NCBI GenBank assembly: GCA_965603825.1
Contig: CBFDEM010000015.1
Span: 62,001 to 126,000, forward strand
Direction: 5' to 3'
DNA: 64,000 bases
Source of the DNA: Blepharisma stoltei ATCC 30299
Lineage: Eukaryota; Protista; Ciliophora
Numbering within the stretch: the stretch's first letter is position 1; each line of letters starts with the position of its first letter. A program made the translations under genes and the position numbers. The notes under the pieces were generated by a model. The model worked only from the letters and a program-made list of their open reading frames with translations. It had not been told where the DNA came from and did not search any database. Of the stretch, positions 49,164 to 62,119 are shown in pieces.

Positions 49164-50438
49164 TTATGATGAGGAATCTCTAGGTTCAGACTCATCAGTT
49201 ATTTCCCTCACAGAATGCTCTATTTCAGGTATTTCTGCTTCTTCAGCTTTGCTGCATGATCCAAAGCAAGAAAATAAGCTCCAATTTTTTTTTAATGTAA
49301 CTGCCATTACACTTCTACCACACTGGACTGCTATGCTTGAGCCAATATCAAGAAAAATTGGCTTTTTTATCTGTACAAGCGTCCCAAACTTGCTTTCGTT
49401 ATCTTCTAAAATCAGCCCAATTTTGGAATTTCTGATAGTTGCGTGGTTTCTTGAGACTGAAATGTCAGTTATTCTGATATCAGAGTCATGGCCTCGGCCT
49501 AGACGAATATTGTTTTTATTTTGCATAGTGATCACATGGATTGTTCGCAGGTTGCTTCTGTCTTTATTTAGGTTTTCAAGAATTATGTAGTTGGAGTCTG
49601 GCTTTTCGAAGCCTAAAAGGTCGTAATTGACTCCCTTTACACAGAGCTTGTCGGGGTATTTCATTTTGCAGAGCTCGCATTCTAGTGTTTTCCAGGAATA
49701 AGATTTTGAATTACTTACCTCTCTTATTGTAATTTTACTTGTCAGCCAATGCTGCAAGCAATTTAAATGAATTTGCCCCATTGTTCCAGAACACTTGCAA
49801 GGAGCTATCAGAGGGTCTTCTTCAGACGCAGTCTCCATAAGGCAAATACGGCACTGGGCTTTTTCTTCTGCGTTTTCTGAAGTCTGATTAGCCCCTTCAG
49901 ACGCAATTTCCACATTTAATGGTTCTTCAGTTATAGTTGTTCTTTTATGACTGCCAAGCCCTCCATTATATATTTGATTACACCTCAGTTCTCCATGAGT
50001 GTTGGTGCTTGTATCCCTTGACCCATTAATTTCATTTACTCTCAGCATAATTCTTCCAATACGTATTATATCTCCTTCAGACAGTTTGTAGCCTTTTTGT
50101 CCTTTATTTCCTTTGATAGAGCTCACAACTAGTCACATTTTTTCAAAAATCTGATCATTCTGTTTTTGGCCTTGATTTGGTCTATTTAATACAAAATTCG
50201 GCCCTATTTGGGTAACCATAGCAAGGACTTTTGAGTTTTCCTCAGGCAATTTCAATTCATCTTCAATAGGAGGTGTGGTAATTGTGTCTTGACTACGGAT
50301 CACTCAGCAAGGACTTACAATTTTAGAGGATTTTTTGGCTAAGTTTTTGGCTTCATAATCAAAGAGGCCGTGTGAATCTCTATTTCAGGTAGAGACTTGA
50401 AGTTCAACGCTATATAAAGAATACCTTATGCTTGACAT
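49164..50438 (-). CDS. RING-CH (RINGv) + FHA domain E3 ligase-like protein
   Basis: Extended via TGA to ATG 50438 (T-W-NRDSHGLFDYE). CRIC..PCKCSG..HLNCLQHW..CELC; GRGHDSDIRITDISVSRNHA..SKFGT. Confidence 0.9.
50410..50424 (-). other. Probable stop-less 15-nt intron GTATTCTTTATATAG
   Basis: Matches the GT..A10..AG pattern of the other two introns. The frame is open whether it is spliced or retained. Confidence 0.6.
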
Positions 50439-50529
50439 ATTTTGATTACTATAAAAGCACTTGAATTTCATTGAAAAAATTTAAATTAATTATTTACGAA
50501 GACTGTATAGGTGTTATTTTTTTAATTGA

Positions 50530-50964
50530 TTAATATTTGTATAAGAAGAAAATTCTTGCAGTAAGAACCGTCATGAATTCAAAGAAAAAAGGAATAAAAG
50601 AGGTAAAAAGCCAAATGTATCAATATATCCAATAAGGCCAATACAAGAGAACAAACCAAATAGAAAATAAAATCCCAAGGGCATGAAGAAATATTGACGT
50701 CGCGCTCAAAGTGTCAAAATAAATAGTCAGCCCAATTACAATAATTATCAATTCAAATGCCAAACAAATAGTTGTAAATGCGAGAGAAACTAAAAGAACA
50801 GCTTCAGCAGATTTGTAGTCATCGTCATCAGATGCTACTGTTGATTTCACGCCCGCGTAAATATTATTGTCTCTCAGATAATAAATCACTATGATAAGTA
50901 GCAAATGAACCATTACACACAAGAATTTCCCGGGAACCAAAGTTTCAGTCACTGTTCCACTCAT
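50530..50964 (-). CDS. TMEM107: TMEM107-like ciliary transition-zone protein (144 aa)
   Basis: LVPGKFLCVMVHLLLII..RDNNI resembles LVPSRFLTLLAHLVVVI..RDSNI. Four TM segments. Read through TGA 50620 to TAA 50530. Confidence 0.8.
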
Positions 50965-51126
50965 ATTTTTCTTTTCATTTAAAATTTAATTTAATCGAGT
51001 TTTTAAGGAAAATAGAGAAAATGATAATTAGAATAATAAATATATAAAAAATATAAGAGATTTTAGACAAAAAATAAATGAAGTATTTTGATTGAAAAAG
51101 ATAAAATTATAATATTTATAAATTTT

Positions 51127-52290
51127 ATGAGTGTAAGCTGCACTCTTTCAAACCCAAAACGCTCAGGAAATAATAGAGGTAGATCCACTTCAAAAGTGTC
51201 AATGGAAATTATGCATGCCAAAAAACGAAGCTTAACTCGGTCAAGTAATATAAAAAAACAGCTTAAAACACAAAATAAAGAAATTTCACAATCAGAAGTT
51301 AAAATTAAAGATCAGAAAAAATCTAGAGCAAAAGCACATGCTGGAGATACTGCAATTGATGAGCCAAATGATGAAGTTTTTAAGACTCTAAAAAATTCAG
51401 AAAAATCTGAAAATCCAAATATAAAATTTTGGATAAAAATCGATCCATGCGATTTTTCTTTAAATTTCCTAGAATTACCTGAAACTGTAAATCCTTATTG
51501 ACTGCTTATAGAAGATATGAAAAAAATCTTATCTTTTAGTGAAATTTTTGTGAGAAATGTAAACGCTCTTATAGAATATAACTTTGTTGGATGAAAAAAG
51601 TGCCTAGGAGATGGTAATTGCTATTATCGTGCAGTCATGCATTGCTACCTTTGAAATATTTTTAATGTCTCCACAAATTTACAATGCTCTACATCCCTGC
51701 TTAATTTTATTGAGCAAATAAATTTTTTACCTAAAGGTTTTGAAGAAAAGAAAGCAAAATTCATGGTAATAATTAACTATTTGCGTAGAATTAAGGCAAG
51801 AAATCCAATACAAGCTTTTGTGGAATTTAATAAATTTACCCAAGATGAAGAATTTGATAATTTAGCCTTTTGCATAGGAAGATTAATTGCTGCAAAAGCT
51901 CTATGAGAAAAGCAAAATGACCCACTTTTTCAGCCTTTTTTATATAATGATATCAATATCTTTATAGAAAAAATTTTAACAATCGGAGAATGAGCAGAAG
52001 ATCTAGATTTATTGGCCTTACCAATAGGTTTGAATATCCAGGTAAAAATATATGGATTTTTTAACGATGCACTGAGCGTTACTTTGTACCCTGAAGAGTA
52101 TAAAAGTGATGAAAATGGTATCCCACCCATCTCTATAGTGAGAAGAGGTGGTCATTATGATATTTTATATTCTAAAGAAGAATGTGATCGCGATAGATAT
52201 GATTTCGAAACACATACTTATCACTTCGAAATTGAAAAGAATAATTTTTTGCAGAAATACTGAAAAACGCAGAAAAGAGACAAACTATAG
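51127..52290 (+). CDS. OTU/otubain-like deubiquitinase (387 aa)
   Basis: Six in-frame TGA codons. GDGNCYYRA catalytic Cys loop and GGHYDILY His motif. Stop is TAG. Confidence 0.85.
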
Positions 52291-52395
52291 AGCAAATTTT
52301 TACGTGGTAAAAATATTTTAAAGCCTTTTATAATAAAAAGCTATTTCTAATAATCTTAAAAAATAATTAAAAATTTTCCAAACTTTTCATCGATT

Positions 52396-53739
52396 ATGTT
52401 ATGGAGCATTCTCTTGCAGTCTGCAGTCGCTTTAATATCAGTTGATATTGAAAAGGTGTCCAAACCCCTTGATATGTTATTATTAGACTATAAAGACTAC
52501 AACGAAAAACTAAAATCAAGATTACATCATGATCTTTTAACGTCTCCCACAAGTTTTCTAACTAACTACTACAATGTATTACATACTTAGACTCAATATT
52601 ATGGGAAAATTCGTATTGGGACTCCTTCAACCTCTTTTAAACTCCTTTTTGACACAGCCAGTTCTTGGCTATGAGTCCCAAGCAAAGGCTGCCAATTTTG
52701 CCATGAAAGTAAACAGTTTAATTTTGAAGCTTCGTCGAGCTATTTTTCTAATGGCACTTATATATCACTTGACTATGGTAAAAGCACTGTTTATGGTCTA
52801 GTCAGCACTGAGACTATTAAAATTGGGGATGATACATCATTGCAGGCTACAAACCAATATTTTTTGCTTGGGATTTTTGATATGGATTTTGATAACCTTC
52901 AAGCAGATGGGATATTAGGACTAGGATTTTCAGGGTTAAGTGAAGGGACTTCTCCATTACTCCAGACTTTAAAGCAGCAAGGAAAGATCCGCAATGCGAA
53001 GTTTGCGATTTATTTAAATGATGATAAATTTGATGAATATGAAGCAAGCCCATCTTCGAATATGATGATTGATGGGTATGATTTAGAAAAATACTCAATA
53101 GAGAGCAGCTTTACTTATGTAAATTTAGTGGAAGGAGATTATTGAGAAGTGGAGCTGACAAAGGTTGCGTTTGGAAAAAATCAAGTATCACTGCTAGGGA
53201 CGGCGATTATTGCTACAGGCCAAAGTTTTTTGCTTGGACCCAAAGCTGATGTTACTGCTATTTTTAGAACTCTTCAGTCTGGATTTTCTTGCATTGATGG
53301 ATTTTATGGGTTTTTGGAGTGTCCATGCCATCATAAATCTTTACCAATTTTCCCTGATTTATATTTTTTCTTTGAAAATCACCCCTTCAAGGTCCCATAC
53401 AGCAGTTATTTACTACACTCAAATGGAACATGCCAAATTTTAATTCAGCCTACAAATTCAACATCCTGGATTCTAGGTGACGTTTTTATCAGAAATTGAT
53501 ATATTTTATTTGATATGGAAAAATCAAAAATTGGTCTTGCCAAAGCAAAGCCTTCATCTATAAAAACAGCCTCATCTCAGCATTATGAGTGACTGCTGCT
53601 TATAATTATTATTGGATCAATAGTTATAGTATCAATTAATACGATTGGATGTTACATTTATTGTAAAAATAAGCGAGAGAGAAATGCTTATAGTCCTGTA
53701 AATAGGCCAATTATTGAGGAAGAGGAAAAACAAATATAA
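52396..53739 (+). CDS. Pepsin-family (A1) aspartic protease homolog with C-terminal TM; second catalytic Asp missing; one intron
   Basis: Signal peptide, YYN^TQYYGKIRIGTP..FDTASSWL-W-VP, DGILGLGF, AIIATGQS, WILGDVF, then a TM segment. Confidence 0.88.
52576..52590 (+). other. 15-nt intron GTATTACATACTTAG
   Basis: Removal deletes an in-frame TAG and restores the pepsin N-terminal motif LTNYYNTQYYG. Confidence 0.9.
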
Positions 53740-53830
53740 TTGATAGATTATTTAACAGCACTCTCTTAGATTTCTCTCAGGGTGCTATTTTAACACCTAG
53801 GATGACATATAAAAATTAATTTTAATAAAA

Positions 53831-54055
53831 ATGGAAGCTAATGACGGACCTTTAGGTATCTTAAAGCTAGCACTTGAAGCCAACGTCGAGGTCACTTTAA
53901 GGGATTCTGACGTTATTTATGGGAAATTAAAAAGTTTTGACGAACATCTCAACATATTGCTTACAAATGCACAAGAAAACAGCCATAATCATGATATTCT
54001 ATTCATCCGTGGAGATTTAGTCAAGCTTATCCGACCTTCTGTATACATCGCATAA
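53831..54055 (+). CDS. LSM3: Sm-like protein LSm3
   Basis: PLGILKLAL..V.LR..GKLKSFDEHLNILL..LFIRGD.V.LI.P. Confidence 0.75.
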   Translation: MEANDGPLGILKLALEANVEVTLRDSDVIYGKLKSFDEHLNILLTNAQENSHNHDILFIRGDLVKLIRPSVYIA

Positions 54056-54289
54056 AATAAAAATTTCTCCTATTATTGCCTTCATTTTCCTTACATAAAA
54101 TATAAACAAAAATTTTTAATTTTATCTTATAAGAAATATAGGATATTTATAAGCCTTTTAATATTTTTATTAAAAATTATCTTATTATTCTTATCAAAAA
54201 TCTTTAAAGCTCAATTTAACTGGCTTAGTTTTCTAAAAATTTTTACAAACAAAGATGAGCTGTTGGAAAAATGGCAGCCATAATTTAAT

Positions 54290-54715
54290 ATGAAGCTTGT
54301 CGCTTTAATTATCTCACTCGTTTCAGCAGGAAGCGTTCTCCAAGAAAAGCTTGTAGGAGGCAACACTGGATTTAACTGCAACCCTAGTCTTTATATTTAC
54401 AATGTCACTAAATTTGTGACAAGTCCATGGCCTCCTGTGAAAAATGAATGGGTAAGCTTAGGAATGAATGGGACCATGACTCAAAATGTGTCGCTTAAAG
54501 GACTTGGGATTTATGTTCAACTAAATGGAGCTAATTTATATCAAGAAACAATTCCAGAAGACGGGAATTATAACGCCGGACAGTATTATGCATTGAACTT
54601 TAAGGCTTATTTCCCAAGTATCATACCAAATGGGAAGTATCAAGTGGATACCAAGCTGATTAACACTGCAGGAAACCCTTTAAACTGCTGGGCAGTGACT
54701 TTTACAATGGCCTAA
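54290..54715 (+). CDS. ML-domain (MD-2/NPC2-like) lipid-binding secreted protein
   Basis: Signal peptide; SPWPP..; P..IPNGKY.V..LNC pattern. Confidence 0.75.
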   Translation: MKLVALIISLVSAGSVLQEKLVGGNTGFNCNPSLYIYNVTKFVTSPWPPVKNEWVSLGMNGTMTQNVSLKGLGIYVQLNGANLYQETIPEDGNYNAGQYYALNFKAYFPSIIPNGKYQVDTKLINTAGNPLNCWAVTFTMA

Positions 54716-54948
54716 ATAATGATTTTTAATCATAGATGAGAATTAAATTATGATAAATCTGGTAGAAGAATTTAATTTTTTATATGAAATTAAAAATCAT
54801 AGAAATTGTGCATTGATAAAAGAATTAATAAAATATTATTAGTGATTCTAAAGATCTTATAAATTAACAAAAAATGCTAATAAATAAAACCTTATAGCCA
54901 TGTAAAATGCGATAATTTAGCATTATAAGTTTAATTTAAAAGATAAAA

Positions 54949-55638
54949 ATGGATGAAACCAAGCTAAACGAGCTAACGATACTTGAGAATAATATATCGT
55001 TTTTGGAAAATGTGATTGAAGAATTGACTAAAGATTATATTGACCTGCTTAAAGAAAAAGCTGAAAAAATAAACTGATATTTACAAATCAAGCATAAAAA
55101 GAAACAATTAGAACAAGATCTCCAAGAATTAGATGAGACATTAGAAATGATTAATTATGAAGAAAACTTAAAATTCCCTGAAAGCGAGCTGGAAATGATG
55201 TATTCAGCTTTACTGCAAGAAGAAGAAACTGCAAGCCAAATTTATTCAAATAAAATCAGCTTTTGGATAACTGAAGAAGAAGCTTGGAAAGAAAAGCTTC
55301 AAAATATTCTATTAAAAAAACAGCAAGAAGAAAAAAGAATTCAAGAAAAGACCAAAGAGCTTGAAAATAAGAAACAAGAGCTCAAGATAAAGCTTAAACA
55401 ACTACAAGACAGTCACTCTGAAGAGTTTATAAGATACAACAGATCAATAAGACCGCAATTTTTAGCTTTAGAAGAAAGAAAGTCTGCTTTGCAAAAAGAT
55501 TTTGAAGAAAAAGAAATTGAGTTTAAAAAGAAACTTTTAGAGCTACAGATTAGACTGAATCAAGAACAAGAAGAAGCAATAAAAATTAGTGAAAAAATTG
55601 ATATGCATTATAATAACAATAAACATGGCAAATTTTAA
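54949..55638 (+). CDS. Coiled-coil protein (229 aa)
   Basis: ATG 54949 is in frame with track ORF 55147 through one TGA. Confidence 0.7.
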
Positions 55639-55645
55639 AATATTT

Positions 55646-56662
55646 TTAAATATATGATATTAAAGGCTTTCTTATACTGGTAATCTTATTCGCAGAAATC
55701 CCACAAATAATGCAAAACCTTTCAGTTGCGCAGCTGCTGCATCCTAAATGTCCACACTGATATACCACAATTCCGACATTTTCACTACAATAATGGCAAT
55801 TAAAAGTCAAATATTCTTTATTTTTTTTCTGTGCCTGCTCCAACAGATTTGTCAAAATTTTGCTTTTCATTGCAAGCATTTTTGCCTCTTTTTCCCAGTC
55901 AATATTTCCTGTATCCTCAAAAATATTTTTTTCTTGGAGCGGCTTTTTTTCTATATTTTTTTCTTCTCCTTCATGTAAAAATGAGCAGACTCCTTTTACG
56001 TTGCAGTCTTGATATTTACACCTAGCTTGCTTATAAGTAGCTGGATGATAATAAATTTCTACTTTATTATGGGCTTTATTACAGATTTGTCCTATGTGAC
56101 ATTCTTTTCTTGGCCCAGTTTTGTCAACTTCTATCACGTTAGGGCATTTTACTGGGGCGTATCTAAATAAATAAGGATTTCTTCTCATGTCACCATAGTG
56201 ATGATAAAAATGGCAGGTTTTTTTATCATGAATAGCTTGGCTTGAACAAGGGAGGGTCTTAAAGGTGGCTAAATCAAACGCAACTTCTACGCTTGGCTTG
56301 TTTTCACCATTAGGAGTCCTTAAATAGTCATCGTGGGAGTATGGGCAATGGATCCCATATCTTGTACAAATCCCATTGTTTAGCATGTAAGAGCATTTTT
56401 TGGTTTTATAGACGAGAGGGTGATAGTAGACTTCTTCTTTTGTATGGGCAAAGGTGCAGGAATTTTGATATCGGCATGGCTTAGGGAATTTGCAGAGGTA
56501 AGGCTTGTAGCTCCATTCGCCATTTGCATCTTTTGTGGGGAGACGACGAGGTAACTCACCTTCGTGATAGTGCATACAGCCTTCGATGCATGGCCCAGTA
56601 CAGGGAGAAACTCTAAAATGCTGTAAATAGTCTTGATGAGCTGGGAGTTCGTTGGTAAACAT
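55646..56662 (-). CDS. Unkempt-like CCCH zinc-finger RNA-binding protein with C-terminal RING
   Basis: CTFAHTKEEVYYHPLVYKTKKC, FKTLPC..HD..CHFYH..D.RR, AHNKVEIYYHP; CHYC..CGH..CSSC..CIIC. Confidence 0.88.
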   Translation of the reverse strand: MFTNELPAHQDYLQHFRVSPCTGPCIEGCMHYHEGELPRRLPTKDANGEWSYKPYLCKFPKPCRYQNSCTFAHTKEEVYYHPLVYKTKKCSYMLNNGICTRYGIHCPYSHDDYLRTPNGENKPSVEVAFDLATFKTLPCSSQAIHDKKTCHFYHHYGDMRRNPYLFRYAPVKCPNVIEVDKTGPRKECHIGQICNKAHNKVEIYYHPATYKQARCKYQDCNVKGVCSFLHEGEEKNIEKKPLQEKNIFEDTGNIDWEKEAKMLAMKSKILTNLLEQAQKKNKEYLTFNCHYCSENVGIVVYQCGHLGCSSCATERFCIICGISANKITSIRKPLISYI

Positions 56663-56980
56663 GTTTAAATTATAATTCAAAAAAGTATCTTTCGTATCTT
56701 CATAATTGCAGGATTTTATTTATTTGAATTTAAGAAAGATTTTTTAAAAATTAAGAAAAATAAGCTGCGTATAGATTGATAGGAGGGTATTTATAGTCGA
56801 AATTCATAAGTAGAGTCATCAAAATTAAGTATTTTTCGAAAAATTAAAATTAATTATTTTACCTATTTTCTATATAATTTTATTATATTTAAATACTCAA
56901 TAAACTTTTATAACCTGATTTTTTATCTCAATCATTCAAGTTTGCTTTTACTTGTGATTTTTCTTTAATGTAAAACCAAA

Positions 56981-58192
<1,212 letters not shown>

Positions 58193-58416
58193 ACGAAAAA
58201 TAATTAAATGCATGTAAATCAATTTATGGTATTTATAAAAATAAATAATATTTATTAATTAGAATTATTATCAAAACAGCATATAATTAAAGCTGCCATA
58301 AATAAAATTCATTTAAATTTTTATCAAGCCAAACCTGCTTCTTAAATTTCTCACAGAATTTGCTTTTTCTTGCTTTCATATTAATCAGCAATTCATATTT
58401 TTCTTATTAAATATAA

Positions 58417-58863
58417 ATGATTTTTGAAAATTTTGAAGACCTTGAAGATTGTTTCCAATTGTTTGATTCTAACCATAATGGGTATTTAAACACCCAAGAG
58501 CTAAGCAATGCTTTTCGTGCCCTAGGATTAAATCCATCACTAGGACAAGTGGAGAAACTATTGCAGTCAGTGGATTTGCATCATCGAAATCAGATAAACG
58601 TCGATGAGTTTGCCAAATTATTTGGACTAGCAAAGCCTGAATGCAGTATCTCTAAGGAGCAGCTGATAAGGGAAATTTCTAAATTTGATAGAGATAGGAA
58701 CGGGTTTATTGATGCAGACGAGCTCAGAAATATTTTAAGTTCAAGAGGCGAACCTTTGGATAGTCACCACATTGATGAAATTTTGCATGATTTCGATACT
58801 AATGGTGACGGTAGACTCAGCATTGAAGAATTAGCGAATGGGTTATTAGGGTTGTCGAAATAA
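58417..58863 (+). CDS. Calmodulin-like EF-hand protein (148 aa)
   Basis: EF loops DSNHNGYLNTQE, DRDRNGFIDADE, DTNGDGRLSIEE. Confidence 0.9.
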   Translation: MIFENFEDLEDCFQLFDSNHNGYLNTQELSNAFRALGLNPSLGQVEKLLQSVDLHHRNQINVDEFAKLFGLAKPECSISKEQLIREISKFDRDRNGFIDADELRNILSSRGEPLDSHHIDEILHDFDTNGDGRLSIEELANGLLGLSK

Positions 58864-59054
58864 AATAAATAAGTCATTAACAGTATTTAATAGGCTTATG
58901 ATTTAAAAACTTAATGCTAAAATAAAAGCTATTTTATATTTATTATGCTTATTCCTATACAAAACCAGCTTTAAACTCAAGAAATGTGTTTAGAAAATGA
59001 AAAAATGAAGCATAATTAGAATAAGTAAAATAATTAGGCTTAAATTTACTTCTC

Positions 59055-60017
59055 TTAAGCTTCATAGACTCTATCTCTATTATGAGGTCTTGTATAATCC
59101 ACAATTGGTCCTAGAGGAACTATTCCAGTTGGATTATTAGATCTCAAGCTTTTATAATACCCACTTTTAATATGATCGAAATTCACAGTCTCTCCAAACC
59201 CTGGAGTCTGATATAAATCCCTTAAATACTCAGGAAGATTCCTGAAGTCTTCAATTCTCTTCAAATTGCATTTAAAATTGCCTACATAAGCTACATCAAA
59301 TCTAATAAGGGTTACAAAAAGCCTGACATCAGCTATAGTTAAGGTGTTCCCAACTAAATATCTATGATTTTCAAGTCTTTGGTCTACTATTTCTAAAGCG
59401 CTAAACAGCTCTCTAACAGCTTCTTCATAAGCTACTTGGGTAGTCGCAAAGCCTGCCTTATAGACTCCGTTATTAATTTTATCATAGACAAATGCGTTAA
59501 TTTCGTCAATTTCAGCTTTTTTCTCTTCTGGATAAAAATCGTGATCGTTTCCACAATTGAATCCGCTGTTCATCATTAGTATGATTTCTGAGGACTCATT
59601 GTTAACGATTGTATTGGTCTCTTTATCCCAGAGAGCAGGTACAGTGACTCTTCCTTCGTATTCAGGGTTGGCTTTTAGATAAACCTCATATAAGAATTTG
59701 GTGTTGTTTACAGTGTCAGGAGTGCTTCCTTCATATTCCTCAAAAGTCCAGCCATTTTCGAGCATATGAGGATTTACTATTGAAATTGATATATCATTTT
59801 CTAGATTTTTAAGACTTCTCATAATAAGTGTACGATGGGCCCAAGGACAAATGTGGGCAATATAGAGATGATATCGGCCTGAGTCACCTCTAAATCCACT
59901 GCTGCCGTCTTTTGTAACAAAATTCCTGAACTGAGAATCACTTCTAATGAATCTTCCTCCAGTCTTTGAGGTGTCATAGCCTTGATCAACCCATTTTCCA
60001 CCAACTAAAAGTCCCAT
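59055..60017 (-). CDS. Glutathionyl-hydroquinone reductase (GST Xi / YqjG-ECM4 family), copy 1
   Basis: RYHLY..CPWAHR, TVP.LWD, NESSEI, NNGVYKAGFA, RFD..Y..FKCN, NPTGIVPLGP. Confidence 0.93.
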   Translation of the reverse strand: MGLLVGGKWVDQGYDTSKTGGRFIRSDSQFRNFVTKDGSSGFRGDSGRYHLYIAHICPWAHRTLIMRSLKNLENDISISIVNPHMLENGWTFEEYEGSTPDTVNNTKFLYEVYLKANPEYEGRVTVPALWDKETNTIVNNESSEIILMMNSGFNCGNDHDFYPEEKKAEIDEINAFVYDKINNGVYKAGFATTQVAYEEAVRELFSALEIVDQRLENHRYLVGNTLTIADVRLFVTLIRFDVAYVGNFKCNLKRIEDFRNLPEYLRDLYQTPGFGETVNFDHIKSGYYKSLRSNNPTGIVPLGPIVDYTRPHNRDRVYEA

Positions 60018-60574
60018 TTTTAAAATTATAAAAATTCACCAGGTTCTAAACTTATGCTAAATAATGAATGATTTTGATAAGAATAGTAATATTTTCAAAG
60101 TGAAAGAGGTTGTTTCTCTTTATTTCTCGATTTATAATTATATAAGGCTAGTAAACTTGGCATTTTTATCAGTTTTTCTCAATATTTTAAGATTTGATAG
60201 ATCTATTTATTTTAATATGTTTGCATTTTTGCAGATGAAGCTATTTATTAATTTTCTTGTCTAACTTTTTAAAAAGAATTCCTTATTATAGCTTTTTGTC
60301 CTTATTTATTTCCATATTGACGTCACTTCTATAAATTTTATTTGTAAAACAAATGATCCATATTTTTCAATTTTTATAAAGAAAGCTGCTAAATAATATT
60401 AAAATACAAAATATATATCTCAGATGAATGAGCAAACTAGATAGATTTCAGTAGAGTTTATCAAACATATAGATGACTTTCAAATAAATGTATGGATTCT
60501 AAATTTATATATGAAAAAAGAAATAAAATAATTTTAGATTATTACTCAGAAGCTTAATACACTTTATTTTTATT

Positions 60575-60750
60575 ATGAACCTGCTATAATCCACGATAGT
60601 CCTAATAGTACAATTCTAATAGGATTCTTAGATCTATGCTTTTATAATACCCAGTTTAAATATGATCAAGATTCACAGTCTCTCAGAACCCTGGAGTCAG
60701 ATATAAATCTCTCAAATATTCAGGCAGGTTTTAAAATCCTCAATTATCTT
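60575..60750 (-). pseudogene. 3' relic of a fourth GHR copy
   Basis: Decayed match to LPEYLRDLY.TPG..ETVN.DHI..GYY...PIVDY. Confidence 0.75.
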
Positions 60751-60886
60751 TTAATAAATTATAATTTTGATCAATCTAATAATAATAATAAGAAATTATA
60801 TAATTATAAAGCTAATAGTAATTAATTCTTCGCATTATTGACAATAAGTAAAAAAGATAAAACTTAAATTTACTTTTTTCTGGTTT

Positions 60887-61864
60887 TTAATGCCCAGCAG
60901 CTTCATATACTCTATCTCTATTATGAGGTCTTGCATAATCCACAATTGGTCCTAGAGGAATAATTCCAGTTGGATTGATATTCTTCATGTTGTTGTTTTT
61001 ATAATACCCAGTTTTTATGTGATTGAAATTCACAGTCTCTCCAAACCCTGGAGTCTGATATAAATCCCTTAAATACTCAGGCAAGTTTCTAAAATCTTCA
61101 ATTCTCTTTAAATTGCATTTAAAATTGCCTACATAGGCTACATCGAACCTAATAAGAGTAGTAAAAAGTCTGACATCTGCAATAGTCAAGGTATTTCCAA
61201 CTAAATATCTATGGTTTTCAAGCCTTTGGTCAACTGCTTCTAAAGCATTAAAAAGGTCTATGACTGCTTCTTCATAAGCTGCTTGAGTAGTAGCAAAGCC
61301 AGCTTTATATACTCCGTAATTAATTTTATCAAAAACAAGCGCATTAATTTCGTCAATTTCTGCTTTTTTCTCTTCAGGGTAAAAATCGCGATCGTTTCCA
61401 CAATTGAATCCGCTGTTCATCATTAGTATGATTTCTGAAGACTCATTGGATACGATCGTATTGGTCTCTTTATCCCAGAGAACAGGCACAGTAACTCTTC
61501 CTTCGTATTCAGGGTTGGCTTTTAGATAAACCTCATATAAGAATTTGGTGTTGTTTACAGTGTCAGGAGTGCTTCCTTCAAATTCCTCAAAGGTCCAACC
61601 ATTTTCGAGTAATTGAGGGTTTACTATAGAAATTGATATATCATTTTCTAGATTTTTAAGACTTCTCATGATAAGTGTACGATGGGCCCAAGGGCAGGCA
61701 TAAGAAATGTAGAGATGATATCGGCCTGAGTCACCTCTAAATCCACTGCTGCCATCTCTGGTAACAAAACTCCTAAACTGAGACTGAGTTCCAATGAACC
61801 TTCCGCCCGTCTTTGAGGTGTCATAGCCTTGGTCAACCCATTTTCCACCAACTAAAAGTCCCAT
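60887..61864 (-). CDS. Glutathionyl-hydroquinone reductase, copy 2
   Basis: Same motifs as copy 1. Start assigned to MGLLVGGKW by paralogy. Confidence 0.93.
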   Translation of the reverse strand: MGLLVGGKWVDQGYDTSKTGGRFIGTQSQFRSFVTRDGSSGFRGDSGRYHLYISYACPWAHRTLIMRSLKNLENDISISIVNPQLLENGWTFEEFEGSTPDTVNNTKFLYEVYLKANPEYEGRVTVPVLWDKETNTIVSNESSEIILMMNSGFNCGNDRDFYPEEKKAEIDEINALVFDKINYGVYKAGFATTQAAYEEAVIDLFNALEAVDQRLENHRYLVGNTLTIADVRLFTTLIRFDVAYVGNFKCNLKRIEDFRNLPEYLRDLYQTPGFGETVNFNHIKTGYYKNNNMKNINPTGIIPLGPIVDYARPHNRDRVYEAAGH

Positions 61865-62119
61865 TTTAAAATTATAAAAATTCTCCATATCAATATAGCT
61901 TCTAATTCTTATTTATTTCCATATTGATAACGCATCCTTGATTTTTTATTTATAAAACCAATGATCTACATTTATAGAAATTTTACTATGAAAATTGTTG
62001 AACAATATTAAAAAGCCAAAATTGCATTAAAATTTTAATATAAAGGCAGTTTGCAAAGTATGAAATCAATTTTTAAATATAATTAAAATGCCAAAATAAT
62101 ATAATTTTTATCTAATTAC

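Noticed and set aside
53754-53800. Short stem (AGCACTCT/AGGGTGCT) followed by ACA, a possible H/ACA RNA
   Set aside because: Too short for a pseudouridylation pocket plus upper stem, and no second hairpin or H box.
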